DNA of 54,587 nucleotides, from assembly GCA_030626795.1 (NCBI GenBank), contig DAOUTI010000001.1:1-54587 (forward strand). Reading direction: 5' to 3'. The translations under genes and the position numbers were made by a program. Under the pieces are notes generated by a model that saw nothing but the letters and a program-made list of their open reading frames with translations, searched no databases and was not told where the DNA came from. The stretch is from Flavobacteriaceae bacterium. Its GTDB lineage: Bacteria; Bacteroidota; Bacteroidia; Flavobacteriales; Flavobacteriaceae. Each line of letters starts with the position of its first letter. Position 1 is the stretch's first letter. Below, piece after piece: positions 40,592 to 51,034 of this stretch.

Positions 40592-41314
40592 TTACCTCTT
40601 AAATTCGCTCAATAAAATAGCAGTTGCAGTTGCTACATTTAAACTTTCGGTATTTTGAATTTCGCCAAATTGAGGTATTGTTATTGGTTTTATAATTGTA
40701 TTCTGCACTTCTTTACTTATACCGTTGGCTTCATTACCCATAACCAAAATAGCGTTATTTGGTAAAGAGGTTTTGTACACATTTTCGCCATTTAATAGCG
40801 CGCCATAAATGGGTCGGATTTCTTTTTCAAGGAATGGTTTTAAATCACTATAAACTATGGAAACTCTAGATAAAGACCCCATACTTGCTTGTACAACTTT
40901 TGGGTTAAAACAATCAACCGTATTTGTTGAGCAAACAATTTGATCAACGGCAAACCAATCGCAAAGTCTTATTATGGTTCCTAAATTCCCAGGATCATTA
41001 ATTTCATCTAAAACTAATGTAAGTCCGGTATTTTTAATAATTTCCTTTTCAGGAATTTCAAAAATTGCTAAAACTTGATTGGGAGAGGTAAACTCACTTA
41101 TGCTTTTTAGTTCTTTGTCAGAAATAATTTGAATATTTTCAACATTAAATATGTTTCTATAATCTTCGGTGCAAAACAGTTTATTTAATTCAAGTTTTGA
41201 AGAAATAAGCTCTTCAACAACTTTAATCCCTTCGGCAATAAATAAATTATTTTGTATTCTAGCCTTTTTTTTCTTTAAACTACTTATTAATTTAAATTGA
41301 TTTTTGCTTAACAT
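40592..41314 (-). CDS. TrmH/SpoU family RNA methyltransferase
   Basis: DPGNLGTIIR, GNEANG, ESLNVA. Confidence 0.93.
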   Translation of the reverse strand: MLSKNQFKLISSLKKKKARIQNNLFIAEGIKVVEELISSKLELNKLFCTEDYRNIFNVENIQIISDKELKSISEFTSPNQVLAIFEIPEKEIIKNTGLTLVLDEINDPGNLGTIIRLCDWFAVDQIVCSTNTVDCFNPKVVQASMGSLSRVSIVYSDLKPFLEKEIRPIYGALLNGENVYKTSLPNNAILVMGNEANGISKEVQNTIIKPITIPQFGEIQNTESLNVATATAILLSEFKR

Positions 41315-41356
41315 TTAAATAGTGTTACTTTTGATTTTTATTTAAAACATTGCTTT

Positions 41357-43879
41357 TTGTCACGAATTTTTACAAAAATACTATTCTTTATGCTAACACT
41401 AATATATTTAGTGTCGTGTAGTAGTACGAAATATGTAAAAGAAAACGAAAATACACTTAAGGAAAACACAATTTATATAAACGAAAAAAAGGAAAGAAAA
41501 GAAGACTTAAGTAAATATTTAGTGCAAAAATCAAATCAAAGTGTTTTAGGAATCTCTTTGTCATTATATTTTTATAATCTAGGAAACCCAGATTTTGCGC
41601 AAACTTTTGAAGAATGGACCGCTAAAAATTCAAAAAAAGTAGAATCGTACGATAATATTTTTTCAAACAAACAAACCAGAATAATTTACAATACAAGTAA
41701 CGGATTTAATAACTGGTTTTTAAACAAAGGGCAGGCACCTATTATTTTTGATGAGAAAAAAGCAAAAAAAACAACCAAATCTTTAAAGAATATTTTTAAT
41801 TCTAATGGATTTTTTGATGTGGAAGTTTTATATGATGTTAAGCAAGTTAAAGATAAAGAGGTAGAAGTTGATTATAAAATCACTACAAACCAACAGTATT
41901 ATATTGATTCGATAAGTACAGAGATTGAATCACCCGCATTAGATTCAATTTATAAATTAAAAAGAGAAAAATCAATTCTAAAAAAAGGAAATGCATTTGT
42001 TTTTGACGATTTTGAACAAGAAGAAAATAGATTGGTTTCACTTTTTAGAAATTCAGGAATATATCATTTTAAGAAAAACAGTATGGGTTTTTGGACAGAC
42101 TCAATTAAAGGGGTTTATGAAAAAGATGTATTACTTAAAATACCCAATAGAATTGTAAGGGTTAATGATAGTGTTTACAAAGTTCCATATAAAGTTCAAA
42201 AAGTTACCGAGGTTAATATTTATACCGATTTTACAATTAAAAATAGAGGGGGAAAGATTAGAGATTCTATTAAATATAATGGCTATAATTTTTATAGTTA
42301 TGGAAAAATGCGATACAAACCAAAACACTTGGTTAATTCTCTTTTTATTACACCAAATCATTACTTTAAAGATGCCGAAAGAAGTTTAACACGAAATTAT
42401 TTAAGAAAATTAAAAACATTTTCTTCGTCAGTTAATATCAATTATACAGAAAATAGTGACGAGTCATTAACAGCCGATATATATTTAACCCCTTTAGAAA
42501 AATATGCATTAACTTTTGATTTAGATGCAACGACATCAAATATTAAACCTTTTGGTATTTTAGGAAAATCTTCGTTTTTAGGAAGAAATATTTTTAAAGG
42601 ATCTGAAATTCTGGAGTTAACCTTTCAAGGATCATTTTTAAATGTATCTAATGATGCATCCAATAGTTCAAGTTTTTTCAATGCATGGGAGTTACTTTCG
42701 AGCGCATCTATTAAATTCCCTCGAATACTTTTCCCTATAAATACTAGTAAAATTATACCAAAACACATGGTTCCTCACACCAATATTGATGCAAGCGTTA
42801 GTTTTCAAAAAAATATTGGTTTAGATAGGCGAACCATTACGGGAGGTATGGGTTATACTTGGAAAAGTTCAAAAGCAACCGGACATAGATTTGATTTGAT
42901 TAATATACAATATATCAAAAACCAAAACACGGATAATTATTTTAAAATATATGATTCTGAATATCAAAAATTAAATGATGTATCATTAAATGTTACTGGA
43001 AATCAATTACCTGAAAATACGGTTGAAAATTACGATGATATTAATAAGGAAATGAACGATTTTTTAAACAATAGTGATAATCAAGAAATGTACCCCGAAG
43101 ATTATGATACGGCTTCTGACGTTAGTGAACGACAAGATATTTTAACTGAAGATGTTATGGTTCCCGTTTTTTCATACTCTTTTGTTTATAATTCGAGAAA
43201 AAACATAAACGATAATAATTTTTCATATTTTACAGCTCGATTTGTTTCGTCTGGTTTAATATCAACAGCAATAGCATCAAATAAAAATAAAGATGGGCAA
43301 AAATTAATGTTTGGCTTACCGATAGCGCAATTTTTTAAAACAGAATTTGAATATAAAAAATATTGGGAACTAAGAAAAGATAATATCCTAATTTTTAGAA
43401 CCTTTGTTGGTGCAGCATTTCCGTATGGCAACTCAACTAGTATTCCATTTAGTAGAAGTTATAGCGCAGGAGGTAGTAATGAAATTAGAGCTTGGCGTAC
43501 GTTTGATTTGGGGCCTGGAGCAGAATTAAATACCTTAGAATTTAATGTTGCTACTTTTAAACTGGTAAGTAATTTAGAATATAGATTCAAATTAACAAAT
43601 AAAATATATAGTGCTTTATTTGTTGATGCAGGTAACGTTTGGGATATAACAGATTCAAATTTATATTCTGAAGAAGGTAAATTAACTAGTTTTAGTTCTT
43701 TAAAAAATACAGCCGTAGGTTCTGGTATTGGAATAAGGTATGATTTCGGATTTTTAGTTTTCCGATTTGATACAGGTTTTAAAACCTACGAACCATATTT
43801 AATCTCAAATAAGAAGTGGTTTGTTAATTATAATTTCGGTAATGCAGTATATAATATAGGTATCAATTATCCTTTCTAG
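41357..43879 (+). CDS. tamL: Omp85-family lipoprotein (TamL-like)
   Basis: Lipobox LVSC, POTRA-like region, AGGSNEIRAW, FVDAGNVW, terminal GINYPF. Confidence 0.8.
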   Translation: MSRIFTKILFFMLTLIYLVSCSSTKYVKENENTLKENTIYINEKKERKEDLSKYLVQKSNQSVLGISLSLYFYNLGNPDFAQTFEEWTAKNSKKVESYDNIFSNKQTRIIYNTSNGFNNWFLNKGQAPIIFDEKKAKKTTKSLKNIFNSNGFFDVEVLYDVKQVKDKEVEVDYKITTNQQYYIDSISTEIESPALDSIYKLKREKSILKKGNAFVFDDFEQEENRLVSLFRNSGIYHFKKNSMGFWTDSIKGVYEKDVLLKIPNRIVRVNDSVYKVPYKVQKVTEVNIYTDFTIKNRGGKIRDSIKYNGYNFYSYGKMRYKPKHLVNSLFITPNHYFKDAERSLTRNYLRKLKTFSSSVNINYTENSDESLTADIYLTPLEKYALTFDLDATTSNIKPFGILGKSSFLGRNIFKGSEILELTFQGSFLNVSNDASNSSSFFNAWELLSSASIKFPRILFPINTSKIIPKHMVPHTNIDASVSFQKNIGLDRRTITGGMGYTWKSSKATGHRFDLINIQYIKNQNTDNYFKIYDSEYQKLNDVSLNVTGNQLPENTVENYDDINKEMNDFLNNSDNQEMYPEDYDTASDVSERQDILTEDVMVPVFSYSFVYNSRKNINDNNFSYFTARFVSSGLISTAIASNKNKDGQKLMFGLPIAQFFKTEFEYKKYWELRKDNILIFRTFVGAAFPYGNSTSIPFSRSYSAGGSNEIRAWRTFDLGPGAELNTLEFNVATFKLVSNLEYRFKLTNKIYSALFVDAGNVWDITDSNLYSEEGKLTSFSSLKNTAVGSGIGIRYDFGFLVFRFDTGFKTYEPYLISNKKWFVNYNFGNAVYNIGINYPF

Positions 43880-43934
43880 TCCGTAATATTTACGTATTTT
43901 CGCAAATCAATTATATTCAAAATAAAGAAACAAA

Positions 43935-45002
43935 ATGTCACAAAAAATCAAATCTGGAGTAGCAACTGGAGATAATGTTCAAGAAATCTTCAAATTAGCT
44001 AAAGAAAAAAGCTTTGCTTTACCAGCTGCTAATGTTATTAGCTCAAGTACAATTAATGCTGTTTTAGAAACAGCAAAAGAATTAAATGCACCTGTTATTA
44101 TTCAATTTTCTAACGGTGGAGCTCAATTTAATGCAGGTAAAGGTTTGAGTAATGAAAATGAAAAAGCTGCTATTGCAGGAGCTATTGCAGGAGCAAAACA
44201 TGTTCATGTAATGGCAAAAGCGTATGACATTCCTGTAATTTTACATACAGATCATTGTGCCAAGAAATTATTACCATGGATTGATGGATTGTTGGATGCT
44301 GGTGAGGAATTTTATAAACAAAATGGAGTTCCGTTATTTAGCTCTCATATGATTGATTTATCCGAAGAATCATTAGAAGATAATATTGAAATTTCAAAAA
44401 AATACTTGGAGCGTATGAGCAAAATGGGTATGACACTTGAAATTGAATTGGGAATTACTGGTGGTGAAGAAGATGGAGTTGATAACTCGGATGTTGATGT
44501 GTCAAAACTATACACACAACCGGAAGAAGTTGCTTATGCTTATGAAGAATTATTAAAAGTCAGTGATAGATTTACTATTGCTGCTTCTTTTGGAAATGTT
44601 CACGGAGTTTACAAGCCAGGGAATGTTAAATTGACACCAAAAATTTTAGACAATTCCCAAAAATATATTGAAGAGAAATACAATACAGAAAAGAACCCTG
44701 TTAATTTTGTTTTCCATGGCGGATCAGGATCTTCTTTGGAAGAAATTAGAGAAGCGATAGGTTATGGTACGATTAAAATGAATATTGATACCGATTTACA
44801 ATACGCTTATATGGCAGGTATTAGAGATTATATGGCTGATAAAACAGATTATTTACAAGGTCAAATCGGTAACCCTGACGGGGATGATTCTCCAAATAAA
44901 AAATATTACGATCCAAGAAAATGGGTTAGAGAAGGAGAAAATACCTTTAAAGCGAGATTAAAACAAGCTTTTGAAGATTTAAACAACATCAATACACTTT
45001 AA
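43935..45002 (+). CDS. fbaA: Class II fructose-bisphosphate aldolase
   Basis: HTDHC, FSSHMIDLS, GNVHGVY, VFHGGSG. Confidence 0.97.
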   Translation: MSQKIKSGVATGDNVQEIFKLAKEKSFALPAANVISSSTINAVLETAKELNAPVIIQFSNGGAQFNAGKGLSNENEKAAIAGAIAGAKHVHVMAKAYDIPVILHTDHCAKKLLPWIDGLLDAGEEFYKQNGVPLFSSHMIDLSEESLEDNIEISKKYLERMSKMGMTLEIELGITGGEEDGVDNSDVDVSKLYTQPEEVAYAYEELLKVSDRFTIAASFGNVHGVYKPGNVKLTPKILDNSQKYIEEKYNTEKNPVNFVFHGGSGSSLEEIREAIGYGTIKMNIDTDLQYAYMAGIRDYMADKTDYLQGQIGNPDGDDSPNKKYYDPRKWVREGENTFKARLKQAFEDLNNINTL

Positions 45003-45009
45003 TTATTAA

Positions 45010-45047
45010 ATGGAGAATTAGTTTTTGACTGATTCTCCATATTTTTT
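45010..45047 (+). terminator. Terminator after fbaA
   Basis: ATGGAGAATTAGT/ACTGATTCTCCAT stem plus T tract. Confidence 0.75.
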
Positions 45048-45079
45048 ATAACTTGCGCAACTATTTTAATGTTTAAAAC

Positions 45080-45979
45080 ATGTCAACTTTTGAAAATGAC
45101 ATTATAAATGATGATAATATGAGTTCTTGGTTTAAAAGAAAAAATAAAGGGATTCAAACCCCTACCGAAGAGAAAAAAGATGTCCCTAAAGGGCTGTGGT
45201 ATAAAACACCTAGTGGTAAAATAATAGATTCAGATGATTTAAAAGCACATTTATATGTGAGCCCAGAAGATGGTTACCATGTGAGAATTGGAAGTGCTGA
45301 GTATTTTGAAATTTTATTTGATGATAATCAATTTAAAGAATTAAATGCTAAACTTACTTCTAAAGATCCTTTAAATTTCACAGACACAAAGAAATATACG
45401 GACAGATTAAAAGACGCCTATAAAAAAACTAATTTAAAAGATGCTGTTCGTACTGCGGTGGGAAAATCATTTGGAAAAGATTTGGTAATAGCTGCTATGG
45501 ATTTTAGTTTTATTGGCGGTTCTATGGGAAGTGTTGTTGGAGAAAAAATCGCAAGGGCAATTGATTATTCAATCAAAAAGAAAATACCATTTTTAATGAT
45601 TTCAAAATCTGGTGGTGCACGTATGCAGGAAGCATCTTTATCATTAATGCAATTGGTAAAAACTTCTGCAAGATTAGCACAATTAGCAGAGGCAAAAATA
45701 CCATATATATCTTTATGTACCGACCCTACCACAGGAGGAACAACGGCTTCGTTTGCCATGTTAGGCGATATTAATATTGCCGAACCAAATGCTTTAATTG
45801 CTTTTGCTGGACCTAGAGTTGTAAAAGATACAACAGGAAAAGAATTGCCAGAAGGGTTTCAACGTTCTGAATTTTTATTAGAACATGGTTTTTTAGATAA
45901 AATAGTTGAACGTAAAAATTTAAAAGAACAAGTAAATTTATATATTGATTTGATTCAAAATATTCCTATTCGAAGTTAA
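45080..45979 (+). CDS. accD: Acetyl-CoA carboxylase carboxyltransferase beta subunit
   Basis: [28 protein letters not shown]; alternative start at 45119. Confidence 0.96.
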   Translation: MSTFENDIINDDNMSSWFKRKNKGIQTPTEEKKDVPKGLWYKTPSGKIIDSDDLKAHLYVSPEDGYHVRIGSAEYFEILFDDNQFKELNAKLTSKDPLNFTDTKKYTDRLKDAYKKTNLKDAVRTAVGKSFGKDLVIAAMDFSFIGGSMGSVVGEKIARAIDYSIKKKIPFLMISKSGGARMQEASLSLMQLVKTSARLAQLAEAKIPYISLCTDPTTGGTTASFAMLGDINIAEPNALIAFAGPRVVKDTTGKELPEGFQRSEFLLEHGFLDKIVERKNLKEQVNLYIDLIQNIPIRS

Positions 45980-46001
45980 TTCCGATACAATCATAAAAAT
46001 T

Positions 46002-46040
46002 AAAAGTGCCACCTGTTTAAAATTAGGTGGCACTTTTTTT
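46002..46040. terminator. Bidirectional terminator
   Basis: AAAAGTGCCACCT/AGGTGGCACTTTT stem between convergent genes. Confidence 0.85.
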
Positions 46041-46060
46041 AATCAATTTAAAAACGATTA

Positions 46061-46939
46061 TTATCTTCTTTTCTTTTTTAAATGAATTTCACGATCTACA
46101 CCATTAATAGTTGCTATTGCCAAATCATCACAGGTTCCGTCACCATAATCTAAAACTATTTTTCTATCATTTTTTTGAATTTCAACAATTCCACTAACCA
46201 AAAATGTACAAACCATTTTTCTTTTAAGGGGCTCAATTACAGTTGCTATACTAGTTGCACCATCTTTTTGGGTAAGCGCCCATGAGCCAGTAATTAAAAA
46301 TACATTATCTCCCCAAAGGCCACTTCCAAAACCTTCAACCCATTCTCTTTTTCGCTCTCCTATAATAGCTACAAAGGAGTCGTCTTCCCAAGTAATTTTT
46401 ATATCTCGGTTTATAGTCGCTTCTGGATTTCCATTTTCATTTATTCTAATTTTATATTTATGAACTTCCCCTTCTACTTTTTTGCTGTTAAAATAAAAGT
46501 TATCAAAAGAATAATCAATATAGATAGATTTTTCTTCTGTGTTATATTTCATTTCTATGATAATTTTACCGCTTAAGTAATTTTCATTTTTTGTGGTGCA
46601 ACCAGCACCATAATCAAGTGTTACTTTTTTGCTATTACTAGTAATTACTTTGGTAATTGTAACACAGTCAGGTAAAAAAGCCTGTTCATCATTTGTTTTT
46701 GTATCCGAACCTTTTTCAACTACATTACTAGTGAAATCGAATGATGTATTGTCTATTATATCATCTATTCCTTCACTAATATCATCAACTTCAGTTTGCG
46801 TAATTACATTTGCTAAATCAATACCTAGTGTTTCGTCATCAATAGATGAACTTTCCTGTTCACAACTAGTTAGCAGAACACTCGTAAAAATAAAGAACAC
46901 CAGACTAGTTAAAAATAAAATTTTTTTACTTTTTTTCAT
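46061..46939 (-). CDS. Hypothetical lipoprotein
   Basis: Lipobox LTSC; DYGAGC, DYGDGTCDD Cys pattern seen in Bacteroidota lipoproteins. Confidence 0.75.
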   Translation of the reverse strand: MKKSKKILFLTSLVFFIFTSVLLTSCEQESSSIDDETLGIDLANVITQTEVDDISEGIDDIIDNTSFDFTSNVVEKGSDTKTNDEQAFLPDCVTITKVITSNSKKVTLDYGAGCTTKNENYLSGKIIIEMKYNTEEKSIYIDYSFDNFYFNSKKVEGEVHKYKIRINENGNPEATINRDIKITWEDDSFVAIIGERKREWVEGFGSGLWGDNVFLITGSWALTQKDGATSIATVIEPLKRKMVCTFLVSGIVEIQKNDRKIVLDYGDGTCDDLAIATINGVDREIHLKKKRR

Positions 46940-47126
46940 TTTGATTATATTTCAGATTAATAATTAATTGTCATAACAAACTTGTCTTTGTTGCATGCCT
47001 TTTCAAATTGCATATAAGTTTTGGACTTCTGTAATTTAAAAAGGTTTAAAATAGCATCAAAATCAGTTAGAAAAACAAGACTTTATAAGTTCTTGCCAAT
47101 CAAAATAATAATAGTATCTTTGCCGC

Positions 47127-47179
47127 CTAATACTAAAATATTAGTACATAAAAATTATTAATTAAAATTTAATGTTAGC
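47127..47179 (+). ncRNA. Putative S15 ribosomal-protein leader (structured 5' UTR of rpsO)
   Basis: After TATCTTTG (47115-47122): CTAA/TTAG closing stem, TACTAA/TTAGTA hairpin, CAT..AAATT/AATTT..ATG stem. Confidence 0.5.
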
Positions 47180-47449
47180 ATGTATTTAACAGCTGAAAAA
47201 AAGAGTGAGATTTTCAAAAAACATGGAAAATCTGTAACAGACACAGGTACTTCTGAAGGACAAATAGCATTGTTCACTTTCCGAATTAACCACTTAACAG
47301 AGCATTTAAGAAGCAATCGTAAAGATTTCAACACACAACGTTCGTTAGTGAAATTAGTAGGAAAACGTCGTGACCTATTAAACTATTTAATTAAGACAGA
47401 TATTACAAGATATCGTGCGATAGTTAAAGAATTAGGTTTAAGAAAATAG
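47180..47449 (+). CDS. rpsO: 30S ribosomal protein S15
   Basis: DTGTSEGQIA, LVKLVGKRR, LGLRK. Confidence 0.98.
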   Translation: MYLTAEKKSEIFKKHGKSVTDTGTSEGQIALFTFRINHLTEHLRSNRKDFNTQRSLVKLVGKRRDLLNYLIKTDITRYRAIVKELGLRK

Positions 47450-47454
47450 ATTTT

Positions 47455-47483
47455 AGAGAGGCTTTATGCCTCTCTTTTTTTTT
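47455..47483 (+). terminator. Terminator after rpsO
   Basis: AGAGAGGC/GCCTCTCT stem plus long T tract. Confidence 0.9.
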
Positions 47484-47694
47484 AATTTAAAATAAGTTTG
47501 GTCAGATTCATATTAAAATTTGATTAAATTTGTAAAAAAATCTCAAGATTTCAGATTAAATTATTTAAAAATTGAGAAACTAAAGTAATTCATTGGCAAA
47601 CCATACTCTTGAGAATTAGAGTAAACAACACAACTACTTGTTTAACCATGAATTAATAAATTTACTTATAAATAGTAAATGCAAAAAAAAAATT

Positions 47695-49914
47695 ATGATT
47701 CCAAAAGTATTTAAAGAGGTTATAGACCTCGGTGATGGAAGAGAAATCTCCATCGAAACCGGAAAATTAGCAAAACAAGCTCACGGGAGTGTTGTAGTGC
47801 AATCAGGAAAATGTATGTTATTATGTACAGTAGTTTCCAATTACGAACAAAAAGACCTTGGCTTTTTACCGTTAACGGTAGATTACAGAGAAAAATTTGC
47901 TGCTGCTGGTCGTTATCCAGGTGGTTTCTTTAAAAGAGAAGCAAGACCAAGTGATGGCGAAGTATTAACCATGCGTCTAGTGGATCGTGTATTACGTCCA
48001 TTATTCCCAAAAGATTATACCGCAGAAACACAAGTGATGATTCAATTAATGTCTCATGACGATGACGTTATGCCAGATGCAATGGCGGGTCTAGCTGCAT
48101 CTGCGGCAATTCAATTATCAGATTTCCCATTTGAATGTGCTATCTCTGAAGTTCGTGTTGGTCGTGTAAACGGGGAGTTTGTTATCAACCCATCAAGAGC
48201 ACAATTAGAAGAGTCTGATTTAGAAATGATGATTGGCGCTTCTGCCGATTCAGTAATGATGGTAGAAGGTGAATTAGACGAGATTTCTGAAGAAGAAATG
48301 ATAGAGGCAATTAAATTTGGCCATGAAGCAATTAAAGTACAATGTGCTGCTCAAGTAAAATTAGCTGAAGCATTTGGAAAAAAAGAAGTTCGTGAATATG
48401 AAGGAGAAAGAGAAGAAGAAGATTTAGCCAAGAAAGTTCATGATATGGCTTATGATAAAGTATATGCTATTGCAAAAGCTGGATCTGCTAAACATGAAAG
48501 AAGTGCTGCTTTTCAACAAATTAAAGAAGATATTAAAGCAACGTTTTCTGAAGAAGAATTAGCAGATTACGGTGGTTTAGTTTCTGATTATTATCGCAAG
48601 GCTGAAAAAGCTGCGATTAGAGATTTAACCTTAAATGAAGGTTTACGTTTAGATGGTCGTAAGACTGACGAAATCAGACCAATCTGGTGTGAAGTTGATT
48701 ACTTACCTTCTACACATGGATCTGCAATTTTTACTCGTGGTGAAACTCAAGCGTTAGCTACCGTAACTTTAGGAACCTCTAGAGATGCAAACAAAATTGA
48801 TATGCCTTCTTTTGAAGGTGAAGAGAATTTCTATTTACATTATAACTTCCCTCCTTTTTGTACAGGTGAGGCAAGACCAATTCGTGGAACATCTCGTAGA
48901 GAAGTTGGACATGGTAACTTAGCACAACGTGCATTAAAAGGAATGATTCCTGCTGACTGTCCTTATACGGTAAGAGTTGTATCTGAAGTATTAGAATCTA
49001 ACGGTTCGTCTTCTATGGCAACAGTTTGTTCTGGTACCATGGCATTGATGGATGCTGGTGTGCAAATGATAAAACCAGTTTCTGGTATTGCAATGGGATT
49101 AATTTCTAATGCAGAATCTGGAAAGTATGCTGTATTATCTGATATTTTAGGTGATGAAGATCACTTAGGTGATATGGATTTTAAAGTTACAGGTACTGCA
49201 GACGGTATCACAGCTTGCCAAATGGATATTAAAGTAAAAGGATTGTCCTACGAGATTTTAGTGAATGCACTAAATCAAGCTCGCGAGGGTCGTTTACATA
49301 TCTTAGAGAAATTAACTGATACTATTGCTACACCAAATACAGATGTTAAAGATCATGCTCCTACAATGGTAACAAGACGCGTTCCTAATGAATTTATCGG
49401 TGCCTTAATTGGACCTGGTGGAAAAGTGATTCAAGAAATGCAAAAGGAAACTGAGACTACTATCGTTATTAATGAAGATCCAGTAACTGAAGAAGGTATT
49501 GTTGAAATTTTAGGTGTAGGAAGAGAAGGTATTGATGCTGTTATGGCAAAAATCGATTCCTTATTATTCAAACCAGAAAAAGGAAGTGTTTACGAAGTTA
49601 AAGTTATTAAAATGTTAGACTTTGGTGCTGTTGTTGAATATGTAGAAGCGCCAGGCAACGAAGTTTTACTCCACGTAAGTGAATTGGCTTGGGAAAGAAC
49701 TAATGACGTAAGTGACGTTGTAAAGATGGGAGATATTTTAGATGTAAAATATTTTGGTGTTGATCCAAGAACGCGCAAAGAAAAAGTATCGCGTAAAGCT
49801 TTATTAGAAAAACCAGAAGGTTTTGTAGAAAGACCTCCACGTACTGATAGCAGAAGTAGAGACAACAACCGCGGTAGAGATAATCGTGGTAGAGATAATC
49901 GAAATAGAGATTAA
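47695..49914 (+). CDS. pnp: Polyribonucleotide nucleotidyltransferase
   Basis: Two RNase PH domains ([15 protein letters not shown]), KH (IGPGGK), S1; start MIPKV (ATG 47695). Confidence 0.98.
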   Translation: MIPKVFKEVIDLGDGREISIETGKLAKQAHGSVVVQSGKCMLLCTVVSNYEQKDLGFLPLTVDYREKFAAAGRYPGGFFKREARPSDGEVLTMRLVDRVLRPLFPKDYTAETQVMIQLMSHDDDVMPDAMAGLAASAAIQLSDFPFECAISEVRVGRVNGEFVINPSRAQLEESDLEMMIGASADSVMMVEGELDEISEEEMIEAIKFGHEAIKVQCAAQVKLAEAFGKKEVREYEGEREEEDLAKKVHDMAYDKVYAIAKAGSAKHERSAAFQQIKEDIKATFSEEELADYGGLVSDYYRKAEKAAIRDLTLNEGLRLDGRKTDEIRPIWCEVDYLPSTHGSAIFTRGETQALATVTLGTSRDANKIDMPSFEGEENFYLHYNFPPFCTGEARPIRGTSRREVGHGNLAQRALKGMIPADCPYTVRVVSEVLESNGSSSMATVCSGTMALMDAGVQMIKPVSGIAMGLISNAESGKYAVLSDILGDEDHLGDMDFKVTGTADGITACQMDIKVKGLSYEILVNALNQAREGRLHILEKLTDTIATPNTDVKDHAPTMVTRRVPNEFIGALIGPGGKVIQEMQKETETTIVINEDPVTEEGIVEILGVGREGIDAVMAKIDSLLFKPEKGSVYEVKVIKMLDFGAVVEYVEAPGNEVLLHVSELAWERTNDVSDVVKMGDILDVKYFGVDPRTRKEKVSRKALLEKPEGFVERPPRTDSRSRDNNRGRDNRGRDNRNRD

Positions 49915-49928
49915 AAAGCTCTTTATTT

Positions 49929-49962
49929 AAAAGCCTCAATTTAAAAATTGAGGCTTTTTTTT
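49929..49962 (+). terminator. Terminator after pnp
   Basis: AAAAGCCTCAATTT/AAATTGAGGCTTTT stem plus T tract. Confidence 0.9.
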
Positions 49963-50043
49963 ATTTTTTTGTAACATTTTTAGATATTAATACGTATAAG
50001 ATAATACACAACAAAACTTAATAAATAAAATCCCGTATTTTTA

Positions 50044-50907
50044 ATGAGACAACTAAAAATCACCAAGCAAGTTACGAATCGCGAAACTGCTTCATTAGAT
50101 AAATATTTACAAGAAATAGGTAAAGTAGATTTAATTACTGCTGATATGGAAGTTGAATTGGCACAACGTATTAAGGCGGGTGACCAAATAGCTTTAGAGA
50201 AATTAACAAAAGCAAATTTACGTTTTGTTGTATCTGTAGCAAAACAATACCAAAATCAAGGCTTAACTTTACCAGATTTAATTAATGAAGGTAACTTAGG
50301 TTTGATTAAAGCAGCAAAAAGATTTGATGAAACTCGTGGGTTTAAATTTATTTCTTATGCCGTATGGTGGATTCGCCAATCTATTTTACAAGCTTTAGCT
50401 GAACAGTCTAGAATTGTAAGATTACCTTTAAATAAAATTGGATCAATCAATAAGATCAACAAAACATTTGCAAGATTAGAGCAAGAAAATGAGAGACCTC
50501 CTTCTGCTGAAGAAATAGCAAAAGAATTAGATATGACCGTGAGTGATGTAAAAGAGTCTATGAAAAACTCAGGTCGTCACGTATCTATGGATGCCCCATT
50601 AATTGAAGGTGAAGATTCAAATTTATATGATGTATTAAATTCAGGAGAATCTCCAAATCCAGATAGAGCTTTATTGCACGAATCTTTAAAAGTTGAAATT
50701 TTAAGAGCTTTAGAAACTTTAACACCTAGAGAAGCAGATGTTGTTAAATTATATTTTGGTTTAAGTGATGCGCACCCAATGACTTTAGAAGAAATTGGAG
50801 AAACATTTGATTTAACTCGTGAGCGTGTTCGTCAAATTAAAGAAAAAGCTATTCGTAGATTAAAACACACTTCTAGAAGTAAAATATTAAGAACCTACTT
50901 AGGTTAA
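50044..50907 (+). CDS. rpoD: Primary sigma-70 factor, Bacteroidota type (no region 1.1)
   Basis: [14 protein letters not shown] start, [28 protein letters not shown]. Confidence 0.93.
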   Translation: MRQLKITKQVTNRETASLDKYLQEIGKVDLITADMEVELAQRIKAGDQIALEKLTKANLRFVVSVAKQYQNQGLTLPDLINEGNLGLIKAAKRFDETRGFKFISYAVWWIRQSILQALAEQSRIVRLPLNKIGSINKINKTFARLEQENERPPSAEEIAKELDMTVSDVKESMKNSGRHVSMDAPLIEGEDSNLYDVLNSGESPNPDRALLHESLKVEILRALETLTPREADVVKLYFGLSDAHPMTLEEIGETFDLTRERVRQIKEKAIRRLKHTSRSKILRTYLG

Positions 50908-50929
50908 TACGTTAAAGATTAGACAAAAT

Positions 50930-50959
50930 AAAAGCTCATGAATTTTCATGAGCTTTTTT
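50930..50959 (+). terminator. Terminator after rpoD
   Basis: AAAAGCTCATGAA/TTCATGAGCTTTT stem plus T tract. Confidence 0.9.
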
Positions 50960-51034
50960 GTTTCACAACAGAGTTGTTTTTAATCTTTCTATTTTTAAAT
51001 CATTTAATTGTTTTATTTTTGCAAAAAAAAATAT

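Noticed and set aside
47695-49914. Higher GC and different codon usage in pnp as a sign of HGT
   Set aside because: Consistent with a highly expressed gene in the canonical rpsO-pnp context.
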